Shown: in pieces, positions 25,275 through 34,634 of the stretch
Layout of the letters: every line of letters starts with the position of its first letter
Position numbering within the stretch: the stretch's first letter is position 1
DNA from: an uncultured Planctomycetales bacterium
GTDB taxonomy: Bacteria; Omnitrophota; Gorgyraeia; Aquiviventales; Aquiviventaceae
DNA: 60,770 nt
Assembly (NCBI GenBank): GCA_964373175.1
Contig: CAYJTP010000003.1
Coordinates: 12,177 to 72,946 of the forward strand
Direction: 5' to 3'
Made by a program: the position numbers and the translations under genes
The notes under the pieces: model-generated
Seen by the model: the letters and a program-made list of their open reading frames with translations, nothing else
Database searches by the model: none
What the model was told of the DNA's origin: nothing

Positions 25275-26114
25275 ATGCCTGATGCGTGTGCGGTGATCGC
25301 GGGAGCTGGCTCGTTTCCCCGTCATGTGGCGCAGGAAGCCAGACGCCAAGGCCTGACGGTGGTGGGGATCGGGCTTCAAGGCTGGGTCGATCGTGACTTT
25401 GCTCAGCATGTCGATGTGTATGAGGAGATCGCGATTGGGCAACTGAAACGCCTCATCGACCGGCTGGATGCTCACCACGTGCGCCAAGCCGTGATGGCGG
25501 GGAAAGTCACGAAAGAAATCTTGTTTGATTCGCGCGTCCGCTTCGATCCTGAGGCCCTGGGCATTGTGACGCATGTGAAGGAGTTTTCCGTCAACGCGCT
25601 GTTGGGGGCGCTGGCTGCGCGTCTTGCCAAGGCCGGGATCACGTTGCTGGATTCCTCGACGTTCCTCAAGCCCAACCTCTGCCCGAAGGGCGTGTTGACC
25701 AGGCGGGAACCGACGCATGAGGAGCAGGAAGACATCCGCCTGGGAATGCAGGCCGCTCGGCACCTCGCGCAGTTGGATATCGGCCAGACCGTCGTCGTGA
25801 AGCATCGGGTCGTCGTGGCGGTCGAGGCCTTGGAAGGGACCGACGCGGCCATTCAACGAGCCGGCCACCTGGCCGGGCGGGACCTCGTCGTCATCAAGAT
25901 GGCCTCCCCCACCCAAGACATGCGCTTCGATCTGCCCATCCTTGGTCCCCAGACCATCGCGGTGGCCATCGCCTCGGGGGTTCGGTGTCTGGCGGTGGAA
26001 GCCGCAAAGACGCTGCTGCTTGAACGAGACGCGCTGATCGCCCACGCCGACGACGCTAACCTCAGTCTCGTGGGCGTTGAAATCCCTGATCCGGTGCACA
26101 CGGATCGGACATGA
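25275..26114 (+). CDS. lpxI: LpxI family (DUF1009) UDP-2,3-diacylglucosamine hydrolase
   Basis: AVIAGAGSFP...DIGQTVVVKHRVVVAVEALEGTDAAIQRAG. The stop TGA sits in the left flank of IR cassette 4. Confidence 0.78.
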   Translation: MPDACAVIAGAGSFPRHVAQEARRQGLTVVGIGLQGWVDRDFAQHVDVYEEIAIGQLKRLIDRLDAHHVRQAVMAGKVTKEILFDSRVRFDPEALGIVTHVKEFSVNALLGALAARLAKAGITLLDSSTFLKPNLCPKGVLTRREPTHEEQEDIRLGMQAARHLAQLDIGQTVVVKHRVVVAVEALEGTDAAIQRAGHLAGRDLVVIKMASPTQDMRFDLPILGPQTIAVAIASGVRCLAVEAAKTLLLERDALIAHADDANLSLVGVEIPDPVHTDRT

Positions 26115-26256
26115 TCCCCCCACCTAGCTTCCCCCCCGGCTGTCGCCGGCGTCGGGCCGGGGGGGCCGACCTCGTGGGAAGCGAAGTATTGATTCGCCTT
26201 CCCGCCGTTGGCGGGATCCGCCAGAGGCGCGATCGGCGAATAGACAGGTGGGGGGA
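26115..26256 (+). repeat. IR-bracketed start-codon cassette, copy 4 (before rhomboid)
   Basis: Arms TCCCCCCACCTA 26115-26126 and CAGGTGGGGGGA 26245-26256. The upstream stop TGA is at 26112-26114. Confidence 0.8.
26131..26165. repeat. GC palindrome shared with 36593-36624 (opposite orientation)
   Basis: CCCCCCCGGCTGTCGCCGGCGTCGGGCCGGGGGGG. Its reverse complement matches 36593-36624 with 1 mismatch over 32 nt. Confidence 0.8.
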
Positions 26257-26936
26257 TGATCCCGGTTCGTGATACCATTCCCTCCAACCGCACCGCGTGG
26301 GTGGTTCGCGCCGTGCTCCTGGCCAACGTTGGGCTGTTCTTCCTGGAGTTGCGGCAAGGCGCTGCGGTTGAGACGATGCTCTATCGGTTTGGGGTCGTGC
26401 CGGCCGACTGGGAGTTGAGTACCCTCCACGACGTCTTCCAATGGCCTCGGCTGATCGGGACGCTGATCACCTCGCAGTTTCTGCATGGTGGCTTGCTGCA
26501 TTTAGGATCCAATATGCTCTATCTCTGGATCTTCGGGGACAACGTTGAGGATCTGTTAGGGCACGGGCGCTTCCTGTTGTTGTATCTCGGCAGCGGCATC
26601 GCGGCGGGGCTGGTCCAGTTGGCGATGCAGCCGCAAGCGACGGTGCCGATGATTGGCGCAAGCGGGGCGATCGCCGGCGTGTTGGGGGCGTATTTCCTGT
26701 TGTTCCCGTTTGCCCGGATCGTCACGCTCATTCCCTGGTTTTTCTTCTGGCAGTTCGTGGAGCTCCCGGCGTTTGTGTTTTTAGGATTCTGGTTTGTCCT
26801 CCAGTGGCTCCAAGGGATGACGACGATTGGCCAGATGGTCCATCTGGGCGGAGTGGCGTGGTGGGCCCATGTCGGGGGATTCGTTGGCGGACTGGTCTTT
26901 GCGGTGAATCTGCGCCCTCGCCGACGCTATTTTTAA
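26256..26936 (+). CDS. rhomboid family intramembrane serine protease
   Basis: FLHGGLLHLGSNMLYLWIFG and GASGAIAGVLGAY motifs, 6 TM helices. The ATG lies in the right arm of IR cassette 4. Confidence 0.85.
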   Translation: MIPVRDTIPSNRTAWVVRAVLLANVGLFFLELRQGAAVETMLYRFGVVPADWELSTLHDVFQWPRLIGTLITSQFLHGGLLHLGSNMLYLWIFGDNVEDLLGHGRFLLLYLGSGIAAGLVQLAMQPQATVPMIGASGAIAGVLGAYFLLFPFARIVTLIPWFFFWQFVELPAFVFLGFWFVLQWLQGMTTIGQMVHLGGVAWWAHVGGFVGGLVFAVNLRPRRRYF

Positions 26937-26990
26937 CCCCACCGACCTTCCCCGACCCGTATAATAGGCTGGTTGTTGAACCGTGATGCC

Positions 26991-28199
26991 ATGAAGACCG
27001 ATGCGGTCTTGCTCCACGAAAAAGAGGCCTTTACCAAAGTTGAGGCCCCCTGCCCCTATTTCGGGACGTGCGGCGGCTGCAGCCTGCAGGATCTCGCCTA
27101 CGCCGATCAGATTGCCTTGAAGCACCAGTGGCTTCTCCGATCCGTTGGCGAATTGGATCCAACGCTGCCAGTCGAGGTGGTGCCGCTCGATGACCCGTGG
27201 CGCTACCGCAATAAAGCTGAACTGACCTTCAGCGAATCCCAGCAGCACTTGACGTTAGGCTATCATGCCGCACGGTCGTTTTGGCGCATCGTGGATATCG
27301 AGGACTGTCTGCTGCTGCCTGAGGCCATGAGTGCAGTGCTGCGCGATGTCAGGGGGTTGGCGCAACGGACCGGCCTGCCAGCCTACAATCCAAGGACCCA
27401 CCACGGGTTTTTCCGGTACCTCACCCTGCGATTCAGCCACGCCACAGGGAAGCTCCTGGTCTGTCTGATGACGACCCAGGGGACGCGCTCAGTCATTGAA
27501 GACATGGCGGATGAACTCATCCGTCGGCATCCGGAGATGACGAGCTTCTACTGGGGCATCAACCAGAAAGTCGCGGATGTTGCCATTCCCGATGAGCTGT
27601 TTCTCCTGCGAGGCCATCCCTATCTGGAAGACCGCATCGGGCCGTTTGCGATTCAACTGCATCCCTTGAACTTCCTCCAGCCCACCCCCCTCCAAGCTGA
27701 ATGGATGTATGCCAGACTCGTGGAGCTCGTCAGCAGTGTGCCCTCCGGAATCGCCTGGGATCTCTACTGCGGGATCGGGTTGATCGCGTTCTACCTGGCC
27801 TCAAAATACCGGACGGTGTATGGGATCGATGTGGATGCGCATAACCTCCAGATGGCTCACCTCAACGCCAGGCAGAACGCGATCACCAACGTCCAGTTTC
27901 ATTTGGGTCGGACCGAAGAGCTCCTGGCCAACAAACGCTTTTGGCTGTCGGAGGCAAAGCCCGACGTGGTTGTTGTAGATCCCCCCAGATCTGGGCTGCA
28001 TCACCGGGTGACTGGAGCGCTCCTCGCCGCCAGACCAAAGCAAATCGTCTATCTCTCCTGCAACCTCCAAGCCCTCACCCGGGATCTCAAGCTGCTCGTG
28101 AGCGGATTTCCGCGCTATCGGCTGTGCCAGGCCGTCGCGTTCGATCTGTTTCCTCACACCAATCACCTCGAAGTCCTCACCCTCCTTGAACGGGCGTGA
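26991..28199 (+). CDS. RumA/TrmA-family RNA (uracil-5-)-methyltransferase
   Basis: Fe-S Cys cluster CPYFGTCGGCSLQ, a SAM-binding region DLYCGIG, and DPPRSG...YLSCN. ATG 26991 is preferred because the TTG at 26973 lies only 8 nt from a TATAAT box. Confidence 0.8.
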   Translation: MKTDAVLLHEKEAFTKVEAPCPYFGTCGGCSLQDLAYADQIALKHQWLLRSVGELDPTLPVEVVPLDDPWRYRNKAELTFSESQQHLTLGYHAARSFWRIVDIEDCLLLPEAMSAVLRDVRGLAQRTGLPAYNPRTHHGFFRYLTLRFSHATGKLLVCLMTTQGTRSVIEDMADELIRRHPEMTSFYWGINQKVADVAIPDELFLLRGHPYLEDRIGPFAIQLHPLNFLQPTPLQAEWMYARLVELVSSVPSGIAWDLYCGIGLIAFYLASKYRTVYGIDVDAHNLQMAHLNARQNAITNVQFHLGRTEELLANKRFWLSEAKPDVVVVDPPRSGLHHRVTGALLAARPKQIVYLSCNLQALTRDLKLLVSGFPRYRLCQAVAFDLFPHTNHLEVLTLLERA

Positions 28200-29734
28200 T
28201 GGCGCTCCGCCTGCCTTGGGTGGTTCCCGGCGATCTGGACGGATTGTTTGGGCTCTTCCTCGACAACGTCATCCAGTTGTTGCTGATCACCGTGCTGTGC
28301 CACCAGGTGGTCGGTATCCCCCTGGCGTTCGTGTGGGGGACCATCTTGCCAGGGGCAGCGATCTCGATCGTCGTTGGAAATCTCTTTTATGCGTGGCAGG
28401 CGCGACGGCTTGCCTACCAGACAGGGCGACCTGATGTCACCGCCCTCCCGTATGGCATTAATACGGTGAGCCTGTTTGCGTATGTCTTGCTCGTCATGAA
28501 GCCGATTGCCGATCAGACCCGCGATCCCCTCTTGGCATGGCGGGTGGGATTGCTGGCTTGTTTCGTCAGCTCGCTGCTTGAGATGAGTGGGGCGTTTGTG
28601 GGGGGGTGGCTCCGACGCGTCACGCCGCGTGCGGGATTGCTCGCCTCGCTCGCCGGCATTGCGATGACGTTTATTGCCATGGACTTCGTCTTGCGCACGT
28701 TTGACAACCCCCTGGTGGCCCTGTTGCCGCTCGCCATCATCTTGGCTCAGTATATGTCGAAGGTGGCCCTGCCGTTACGCCTCCCGGCGGGGTTGGTGGC
28801 CGTTGTCGTCGGGGTTCTCCTGTCTCGGCTCATCCCTGGATACCAGACCGCCGTCCCCAGCGGGGCGGCGTGGGGGATCGCCTGGCCCCATCTCTCGCTC
28901 ACAGAACTCGTGTCCACCCTAAAGCCCGAATACCTGTGGGCCTACCTCTCCGTGACGGTGCCTGTAGGCTTGGGCAACGCCCTGGGCAGTCTCCAGAATC
29001 TTGAGAGTGCTGAGGCTGCTGGGGATCGCTATGCCGTCCGATCCTCCTTACTGGTCAATGGGCTGGGGTCGCTGGTCGCCTGTAGCTTTGGGAGTTGCTT
29101 CCCCACGACGATTTACATTGGCCATGCCGGATGGAAAGCCTTGGGCGCCCGCTCGGGCTACTCGCTCCTCAATGGGGTGGCGATTGTGTTGCTGTGTCTC
29201 ACGGGGACTGTCGGCTGGGTCTTTCAGGCGATCCCGCTCGAAGCGGGAATGGGCATCTTGTTGTGGGTGGGGATCATCATCACCGCTCAGGCGTTTCAAG
29301 AGACCCCCAAGGCCCATGCGCTCGCCGTCGCCCTCGGCTTGTTTCCCGCGATTGCCGCGTGGGCTCTCATGGTCCTCGAACAAGGTCTCAAGGCGGTTGG
29401 GAGTAGCTTGCTGGCACTGGCGAGTCAACCGCAGAGCGGGATCGCTCTGCGCGGCCTCATCAGTGTCGAGCGGGGATTCTTGTTCACGTCGATGATTATG
29501 GCATCGATCGCGGTGTGGCTGATTGAACGGCAATTCCTGAAAGCCGCCGGGTGGGCATTTGTTGCGGCAGCCCTCAGTCTCTTGGGATTGATCCACGCCT
29601 ATGTCTTGACCCCCGGGGGGCTCGTCAGCCCCACGGCCCTTCACCTAGGCAGCCCCTTTGTGATCAGTTATACTCTATGTGGGTTGTTTTTTCTCGGGAT
29701 GCATCACTGGGTTCGACGCAAGGAGGTTCGATGA
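28199..29734 (+). CDS. polytopic permease, NCS2-like (xanthine/uracil/vitamin C permease-type) by resemblance
   Basis: About 12 TM helices. The N-terminal GDLDGLFGLFLDNVIQLLLI pattern is recalled from this permease family. Assignment is tentative. Confidence 0.5.
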   Translation: MALRLPWVVPGDLDGLFGLFLDNVIQLLLITVLCHQVVGIPLAFVWGTILPGAAISIVVGNLFYAWQARRLAYQTGRPDVTALPYGINTVSLFAYVLLVMKPIADQTRDPLLAWRVGLLACFVSSLLEMSGAFVGGWLRRVTPRAGLLASLAGIAMTFIAMDFVLRTFDNPLVALLPLAIILAQYMSKVALPLRLPAGLVAVVVGVLLSRLIPGYQTAVPSGAAWGIAWPHLSLTELVSTLKPEYLWAYLSVTVPVGLGNALGSLQNLESAEAAGDRYAVRSSLLVNGLGSLVACSFGSCFPTTIYIGHAGWKALGARSGYSLLNGVAIVLLCLTGTVGWVFQAIPLEAGMGILLWVGIIITAQAFQETPKAHALAVALGLFPAIAAWALMVLEQGLKAVGSSLLALASQPQSGIALRGLISVERGFLFTSMIMASIAVWLIERQFLKAAGWAFVAAALSLLGLIHAYVLTPGGLVSPTALHLGSPFVISYTLCGLFFLGMHHWVRRKEVR

Positions 29735-30414
29735 CTTCGATGAACACGAATCGGCGCAACCACCTCCAGCTCAACGAGCCCTGGCGGGTCTTCCGCATCA
29801 TGGGAGAATTCGTCGAGGGGTTTGATGAGCTCTCTGATCTCACGGATGCCGTGTCGATCTTTGGCTCGTCCAAGATCAGTCGGACGGACAAATACTATCA
29901 CTTGGCAGAGGCGGTTGCCAAGGCCCTGGTCAACGCGGGCTATGCGGTGATCACCGGGGCAGGTCCTGGGATCATGGAGGCGGCGAACAAGGGGGCCACC
30001 CAAGCCAACGGGGAATCCATCGGGTTAAATATCGAGATCCCGATCCCTCAGGAGCCCAATCGGTACGTGAAGCGCTTGCTGAACTTCCGGTATTTTTTCA
30101 GCCGCCGGGTGATGTTTGTGAAATACTCCAAAGCCTTCGTCGTGATGCCCGGGGGATTTGGAACCTTGGATGAGCTGTTTGAGCTCGTGACACTGATCCA
30201 GACGAAGAAGATTCAGCCGATCCCGGTGATTCTCATCGGGCGGGAATATTGGATGGGGCTCTTGCACTGGTTAACAGACGAGGGCCTGCGCCGGGGCTAC
30301 CTGGATCCCAGCGATCTCAAGCTGTTTACGGTGTGTGAAACCCCCGCAGAAATCGTCAAGACCATCCGCGCGTTTTACCGCAAGCCTGTGTCCGCCGCGC
30401 GCCGACGGCGTTGA
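29731..30414 (+). CDS. LOG family (TIGR00730-type) nucleotide 5'-monophosphate nucleosidase
   Basis: GGGPGIMEAAN-like GAGPGIMEAANKGA and PGGFGTLDELFE motifs. AGGAGG SD. ATGA overlap with the permease. Confidence 0.85.
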   Translation: MTSMNTNRRNHLQLNEPWRVFRIMGEFVEGFDELSDLTDAVSIFGSSKISRTDKYYHLAEAVAKALVNAGYAVITGAGPGIMEAANKGATQANGESIGLNIEIPIPQEPNRYVKRLLNFRYFFSRRVMFVKYSKAFVVMPGGFGTLDELFELVTLIQTKKIQPIPVILIGREYWMGLLHWLTDEGLRRGYLDPSDLKLFTVCETPAEIVKTIRAFYRKPVSAARRRR

Positions 30415-31214
30415 GCCGGTGGGACCAGCAACACCAGCATCTCCTCGTGAATCCGTCCGTTTGACGCCACGACCTGTCCGTTCTCAAGCCGCACTGAATG
30501 GCCACGGAAATCGGTGACTCGTCCGCCGGCTTCCTGCACCAGGAGAATCCCCGCGGCGATGTCCCACGGCCAGAGATCCCGCTCATAGAACCCGTCGTGT
30601 CGACCGCAGGCCACATACGCCAGGCTCAGGCTGGTGCACCCAATGCGCCGGACGGCATGGCAACGGCTCTGAAACGCCGTAAACCATTGCAGGAACGGTT
30701 TGGGGTGGTGGCGGAATCGAGCCGAGAACCCTGTGGACAACAGGCTCATCGCCAGCTGCCGCGTGGGTGAAACCCGAATACGTTTGCCATTGAGCCAGCT
30801 CCCGCGGCCACGCAGGGCCGTATACGTTTCGCGTCGCATGGGATCGTGCACGACCCCGACCAAGCATTCGCCTCGATGGACCAGTCCGATCGAGATCGCG
30901 AAGGTGAGGGCGCCGTGCACGAAGTTGGTCGTGCCATCGAGGGGATCGACAATCCAGCGGTAGGGAGCGTCGGGGTTGGTGAGGGCGTGCTCTTCTCCTT
31001 GGAATCCATGATCTGGAAACCGCCGCTGGATGGCGTGATGGAGCAAGCGCTCGGAGGCACGGTCGATCTCCGTGACGAGGTCAATGGGGTTGCGCTTGGT
31101 GCGGATGGTTTTGGGCCGGCCCGCCCACGAGGCGAGAAGCCTGCCTGCCTGGTGCGCGGCGCGCGTGGCCACCGTGAGATATTGCTCAAGCGGTTGATGA
31201 GACATGAAGCGCAT
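30375..31214 (-). CDS. suhB: inositol monophosphatase family protein
   Basis: DLVTEIDRASE, WIVDPLDGTTNFVHG and the WDIAAG motif. The start is either 31214 or 31205. The longer track ORF runs into IR cassette 5. Confidence 0.85.
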   Translation of the reverse strand: MRFMSHQPLEQYLTVATRAAHQAGRLLASWAGRPKTIRTKRNPIDLVTEIDRASERLLHHAIQRRFPDHGFQGEEHALTNPDAPYRWIVDPLDGTTNFVHGALTFAISIGLVHRGECLVGVVHDPMRRETYTALRGRGSWLNGKRIRVSPTRQLAMSLLSTGFSARFRHHPKPFLQWFTAFQSRCHAVRRIGCTSLSLAYVACGRHDGFYERDLWPWDIAAGILLVQEAGGRVTDFRGHSVRLENGQVVASNGRIHEEMLVLLVPPAQRRRRAADTGLR

Positions 31215-31302
31215 TATACGGGCACCACAGGCGTTCAGCAAGTCTTCCAACTGTTTTCCACGTGGCATCTTGGGTATACTTGACGCGTTGGAGGGATCAT
31301 GA

Positions 31303-31451
31303 TCCCACCACCTGTGCCGGCCCCGCCTCTCGGCGGGGCCCGAATGCCAACACAGGTTCGTGAGGTGTGGATCATGGGTCAGCCGCTGCATTCGTCGCGG
31401 CGGTGATGTCGGCGAGACTCCGCAAGCCGCCGTAAGGCGCAGGTGGTGGGA
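31303..31451 (+). repeat. IR-bracketed start-codon cassette, copy 5 (before glpK)
   Basis: Arms at 31303-31314 and 31440-31451. ATG at 31451. Confidence 0.85.
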
Positions 31452-32935
31452 TGATTCTGGCCATTGACCAAGGCACAACCGGAACCAGCGTGTTGGCGTT
31501 CGACCGCAAGGGTCGGGTCATCGCCCAGGGCTATGAGGAACTGCCCCAATATTTTCCCAAGCCGGGCTGGGTGGAACATGATCCAGAGGACATGCTGGCT
31601 GTGACCCTGCGGGTGATCAAGCGGACGCTTGACCGCGCCCATCTTCGCGCCACACAGCTTCTCGCTATCGGGATCACGAACCAGCGCGAGACGACCGTGC
31701 TCTGGGATCGGCGGACCGGACGGTCCGTGGCCAAGGCAATCGTGTGGCAGTGCCGGCGGACCGCCCCGATGTGTGAACGCTTGAAACGCCGTGGCCTTGA
31801 ACCGACAGTGCGTCGCAAGACGGGTCTGGTCCTCGATGCCTATTTTTCAGGCACCAAGGTGCGCTGGTTCCTCGACAATCTCCGAGGACTTGCCGCACGA
31901 GCGAAGCGGGGCGAGATTGCCTTCGGCACCGTCGACAGCTGGCTGCTCTGGCACTTGACCGGCGGCCGCATCCATGCCACGGACTACACGAATGCCTCGC
32001 GCACCCTGCTGTATAACATCCGCGCCTTGAGCTGGGATGACGACCTGCTGCGAATGTTCGCCATCCCGCGCACGCTCCTTCCAGCCGTGAAGTCGTCCAG
32101 CGGGCTCTTCGGGACCACGACGCGCATCGGGCCCCTTGCTGCAGGGATCCCGATTGCCGGAATCGCGGGTGACCAACAAGCTTCCCTGGTGGGCCACGGA
32201 TGCCTTGAGGCGGGCGATGCCAAAAACACCTACGGCACGGGATGTTTTCTCCTGCTGCAGACGGGCGCTCGCGTCGTGCTGAGTCGGCACGGGCTCATCA
32301 CGACCTTAACCTACGGGGGAAGGGAGTCGCCAAGCTATGCCTTGGAAGGCAGCGTCTTTATTGCCGGTGCCGCGATTCAATGGTTGCGGGACGGCCTGAA
32401 GGTGATCAAGACCGCCGCCGAAACGGAAGGAATCGCCAAGGGCGTCAAGAGTACCGGCGGGGTCTATGTGGTTCCTGCATTTGTGGGACTGGGCGCGCCC
32501 TATTGGGACATGCACGCGCGAGGAGGGATTGTCGGCCTCACCAGGGGGACGACTCGAGATGTGCTGGTGCGCTCGACGTTGGAGTCGCTCGCCTATCAGA
32601 CCCGTGACGTCGTGGAGGCGATGCAGCGCGATAGCGGCATCCGTCTCAAGCGACTTCAGGTCGACGGGGGCGCAGCCCGCAATAACTGGCTCATGCAGTT
32701 TCAGGCGGATCTGTTGGGGATTGACGTCGTGCGGCCCGCGCTGGTGGCCAATACCGCCAAGGGCGCGGCGTTGTTGGCCGGGATCGCCATGGGGTGGTGG
32801 GATCCAAGACGGCTGTCGACCTTGATGGGTGCGCCTGAGCGGATCTTTCGTCCACGGATGAACGCCCAAGAGCGCCAACGCCTGTACGCAGGGTGGCACG
32901 AGGCGGTTCAGCGGATGCGAACGCAGCGTCGGTAA
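31451..32935 (+). CDS. glpK: glycerol kinase
   Basis: MILAIDQGTTGTS...GITNQRETTVLWD. The ATG lies in the right arm of IR cassette 5. Confidence 0.95.
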   Translation: MILAIDQGTTGTSVLAFDRKGRVIAQGYEELPQYFPKPGWVEHDPEDMLAVTLRVIKRTLDRAHLRATQLLAIGITNQRETTVLWDRRTGRSVAKAIVWQCRRTAPMCERLKRRGLEPTVRRKTGLVLDAYFSGTKVRWFLDNLRGLAARAKRGEIAFGTVDSWLLWHLTGGRIHATDYTNASRTLLYNIRALSWDDDLLRMFAIPRTLLPAVKSSSGLFGTTTRIGPLAAGIPIAGIAGDQQASLVGHGCLEAGDAKNTYGTGCFLLLQTGARVVLSRHGLITTLTYGGRESPSYALEGSVFIAGAAIQWLRDGLKVIKTAAETEGIAKGVKSTGGVYVVPAFVGLGAPYWDMHARGGIVGLTRGTTRDVLVRSTLESLAYQTRDVVEAMQRDSGIRLKRLQVDGGAARNNWLMQFQADLLGIDVVRPALVANTAKGAALLAGIAMGWWDPRRLSTLMGAPERIFRPRMNAQERQRLYAGWHEAVQRMRTQRR

Positions 32936-32937
32936 CC

Positions 32938-34572
32938 ATGAGCCGTCGAGACGAGCTACTCAGCAAGCTCCGGACCGAATCGTTTGACCTCCTCATCATT
33001 GGCGGAGGGATCGTCGGAGCGGGGATTGCCCGTGATGCCGCCATGCGAGGCCTTCGCGTCGCCTTGATTGAGCGTGGAGACTTTGCGGGAGGGACGAGCT
33101 CCAAGACCTCCAAGCTGATCCATGGCGGCTTACGGTATCTCGAGCAGGGGCATCTGCGGTTAGTCGCTGAGAGCTTGAGAGAGCGGCACATCCTGCGCAC
33201 GATCGCCCCCCAGCTCGTGCGGCCCCTCTCCCTCATGATTCCGGTCTACAAAGGCGATCCCCGCGCGCCATGGAAGATCGCCCTGGGGTTGACCTTCTAT
33301 GACTGGATGGCCATCCAGTGGGGTCTCCACGGCCGTCGGATGTCCTCAACGCACGCGGCACTTCGCATGGAGCCGAAACTGAGGGCTGAGGGGTTGCGCG
33401 CCGCGGGGTCCTACGTCGACTGCCAGATGGACGATGCGCGTCTGTGTCTGGCCAATATCCTTCAGGCGGTGAACTTCGGGGCTGTCTGCGGCAATTATGT
33501 CCGTCTGTTGGCGTTTGAACGGACCCCCGCACGGCTCTGGAGCGCCGTCGTTGAAGACGTCAACACGCATGAACGCTTTGCGGTCAAGGCCACCGTCTTT
33601 ATCAACGCCACAGGGCCCTGGGCCGATACCGTCAGAACGCTGAGCGAGAAAGACGCTGGCCGTGCCCTGGCCCCAACGAAGGGGATCCATCTCCTCGTGC
33701 CACGCCTGCTCAATCACGCGCTCTTCTTTCAAGCCCGATCCGATCGCCGAATGATGTTCCTCCTGCCGTGGGGGGAGTACTCCTTGATTGGCACCACCGA
33801 GTCCACCCAGTTCGACTCGCTCGATACCCTGCAGGCTCGTCCAGAAGAGGTGGACTACCTCTTGAGTGAGGTCAACCGCATCGTCCCAGAGGCTGCTGTG
33901 AAACCAACCGATATCGTGGCGACCTATGCCGGGGCGCGTCCCTTGTTGGCCTTCGCCGGCTCCCCGACCCATGCCTCGCGAGAACACCGCATCGAGATCG
34001 ACCGCTACGGGCTGGTGAGCGTTCTGGGCGGCAAGTACACGACCTATCGACTCATGGCGAAGCAAACCGTCGATCTCGTGATCAAACGCTGGGGGCTGCA
34101 TGCTGAACACTGTTTGACCGATCAGATCACCTTGCTTGAGCCAACCCATGCGGTGGTGGTGAATCGCTGGCAGGATGTGTCGCGCAGGATTCCTCAAGAA
34201 CTCCTGGCACGGCTGTTGACGGTCTACGGCACCGGCGCGTTTCACATCTTGCGGCTGTTGGAATTTGAACCTCAGCTCGGGCAGCCGGTGTGCCCCCATC
34301 ACGACTACATCCAGGCGGAACTCGTCCACGCGATGCAGGAAGAGTTGGCCTGCACCATCAGCGACGTGTTGATTCGGCGGACCCGTATTGCCTATAGCGC
34401 CTGCCAAGGCCTCGATCTGCTTTCGACGCTCACAGAGCTCCTCCAACGGTACTGCCGGTTCTCTCCCGGTGAGCTGGAGATGCAGCTCCAGGACTACCGC
34501 CAGTTTCTCACCGACAGCCTGGCCTGCGTGTCGAAGCCCCCGCTCGTTGCGGACGTCTCGTCACGCACCTAG
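32938..34572 (+). CDS. glpD: FAD-dependent glycerol-3-phosphate dehydrogenase/oxidase
   Basis: DLLIIGGGIVGAGIARDAAMRG...SSKTSKLIHGGLRYLE. Confidence 0.9.
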   Translation: MSRRDELLSKLRTESFDLLIIGGGIVGAGIARDAAMRGLRVALIERGDFAGGTSSKTSKLIHGGLRYLEQGHLRLVAESLRERHILRTIAPQLVRPLSLMIPVYKGDPRAPWKIALGLTFYDWMAIQWGLHGRRMSSTHAALRMEPKLRAEGLRAAGSYVDCQMDDARLCLANILQAVNFGAVCGNYVRLLAFERTPARLWSAVVEDVNTHERFAVKATVFINATGPWADTVRTLSEKDAGRALAPTKGIHLLVPRLLNHALFFQARSDRRMMFLLPWGEYSLIGTTESTQFDSLDTLQARPEEVDYLLSEVNRIVPEAAVKPTDIVATYAGARPLLAFAGSPTHASREHRIEIDRYGLVSVLGGKYTTYRLMAKQTVDLVIKRWGLHAEHCLTDQITLLEPTHAVVVNRWQDVSRRIPQELLARLLTVYGTGAFHILRLLEFEPQLGQPVCPHHDYIQAELVHAMQEELACTISDVLIRRTRIAYSACQGLDLLSTLTELLQRYCRFSPGELEMQLQDYRQFLTDSLACVSKPPLVADVSSRT

Positions 34573-34634
34573 TCTCTGCGAGCGCCCTCCTGGTGTTGAC
34601 AGACGCTCGCCAGCACGCGAAGATGATGTGATCC

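Noticed and set aside
31215-31478. N-terminal extension of the suhB-like ORF
   Set aside because: The extension runs through IR cassette 5. The IMPase homology begins at MRFMSHQPLEQYL.
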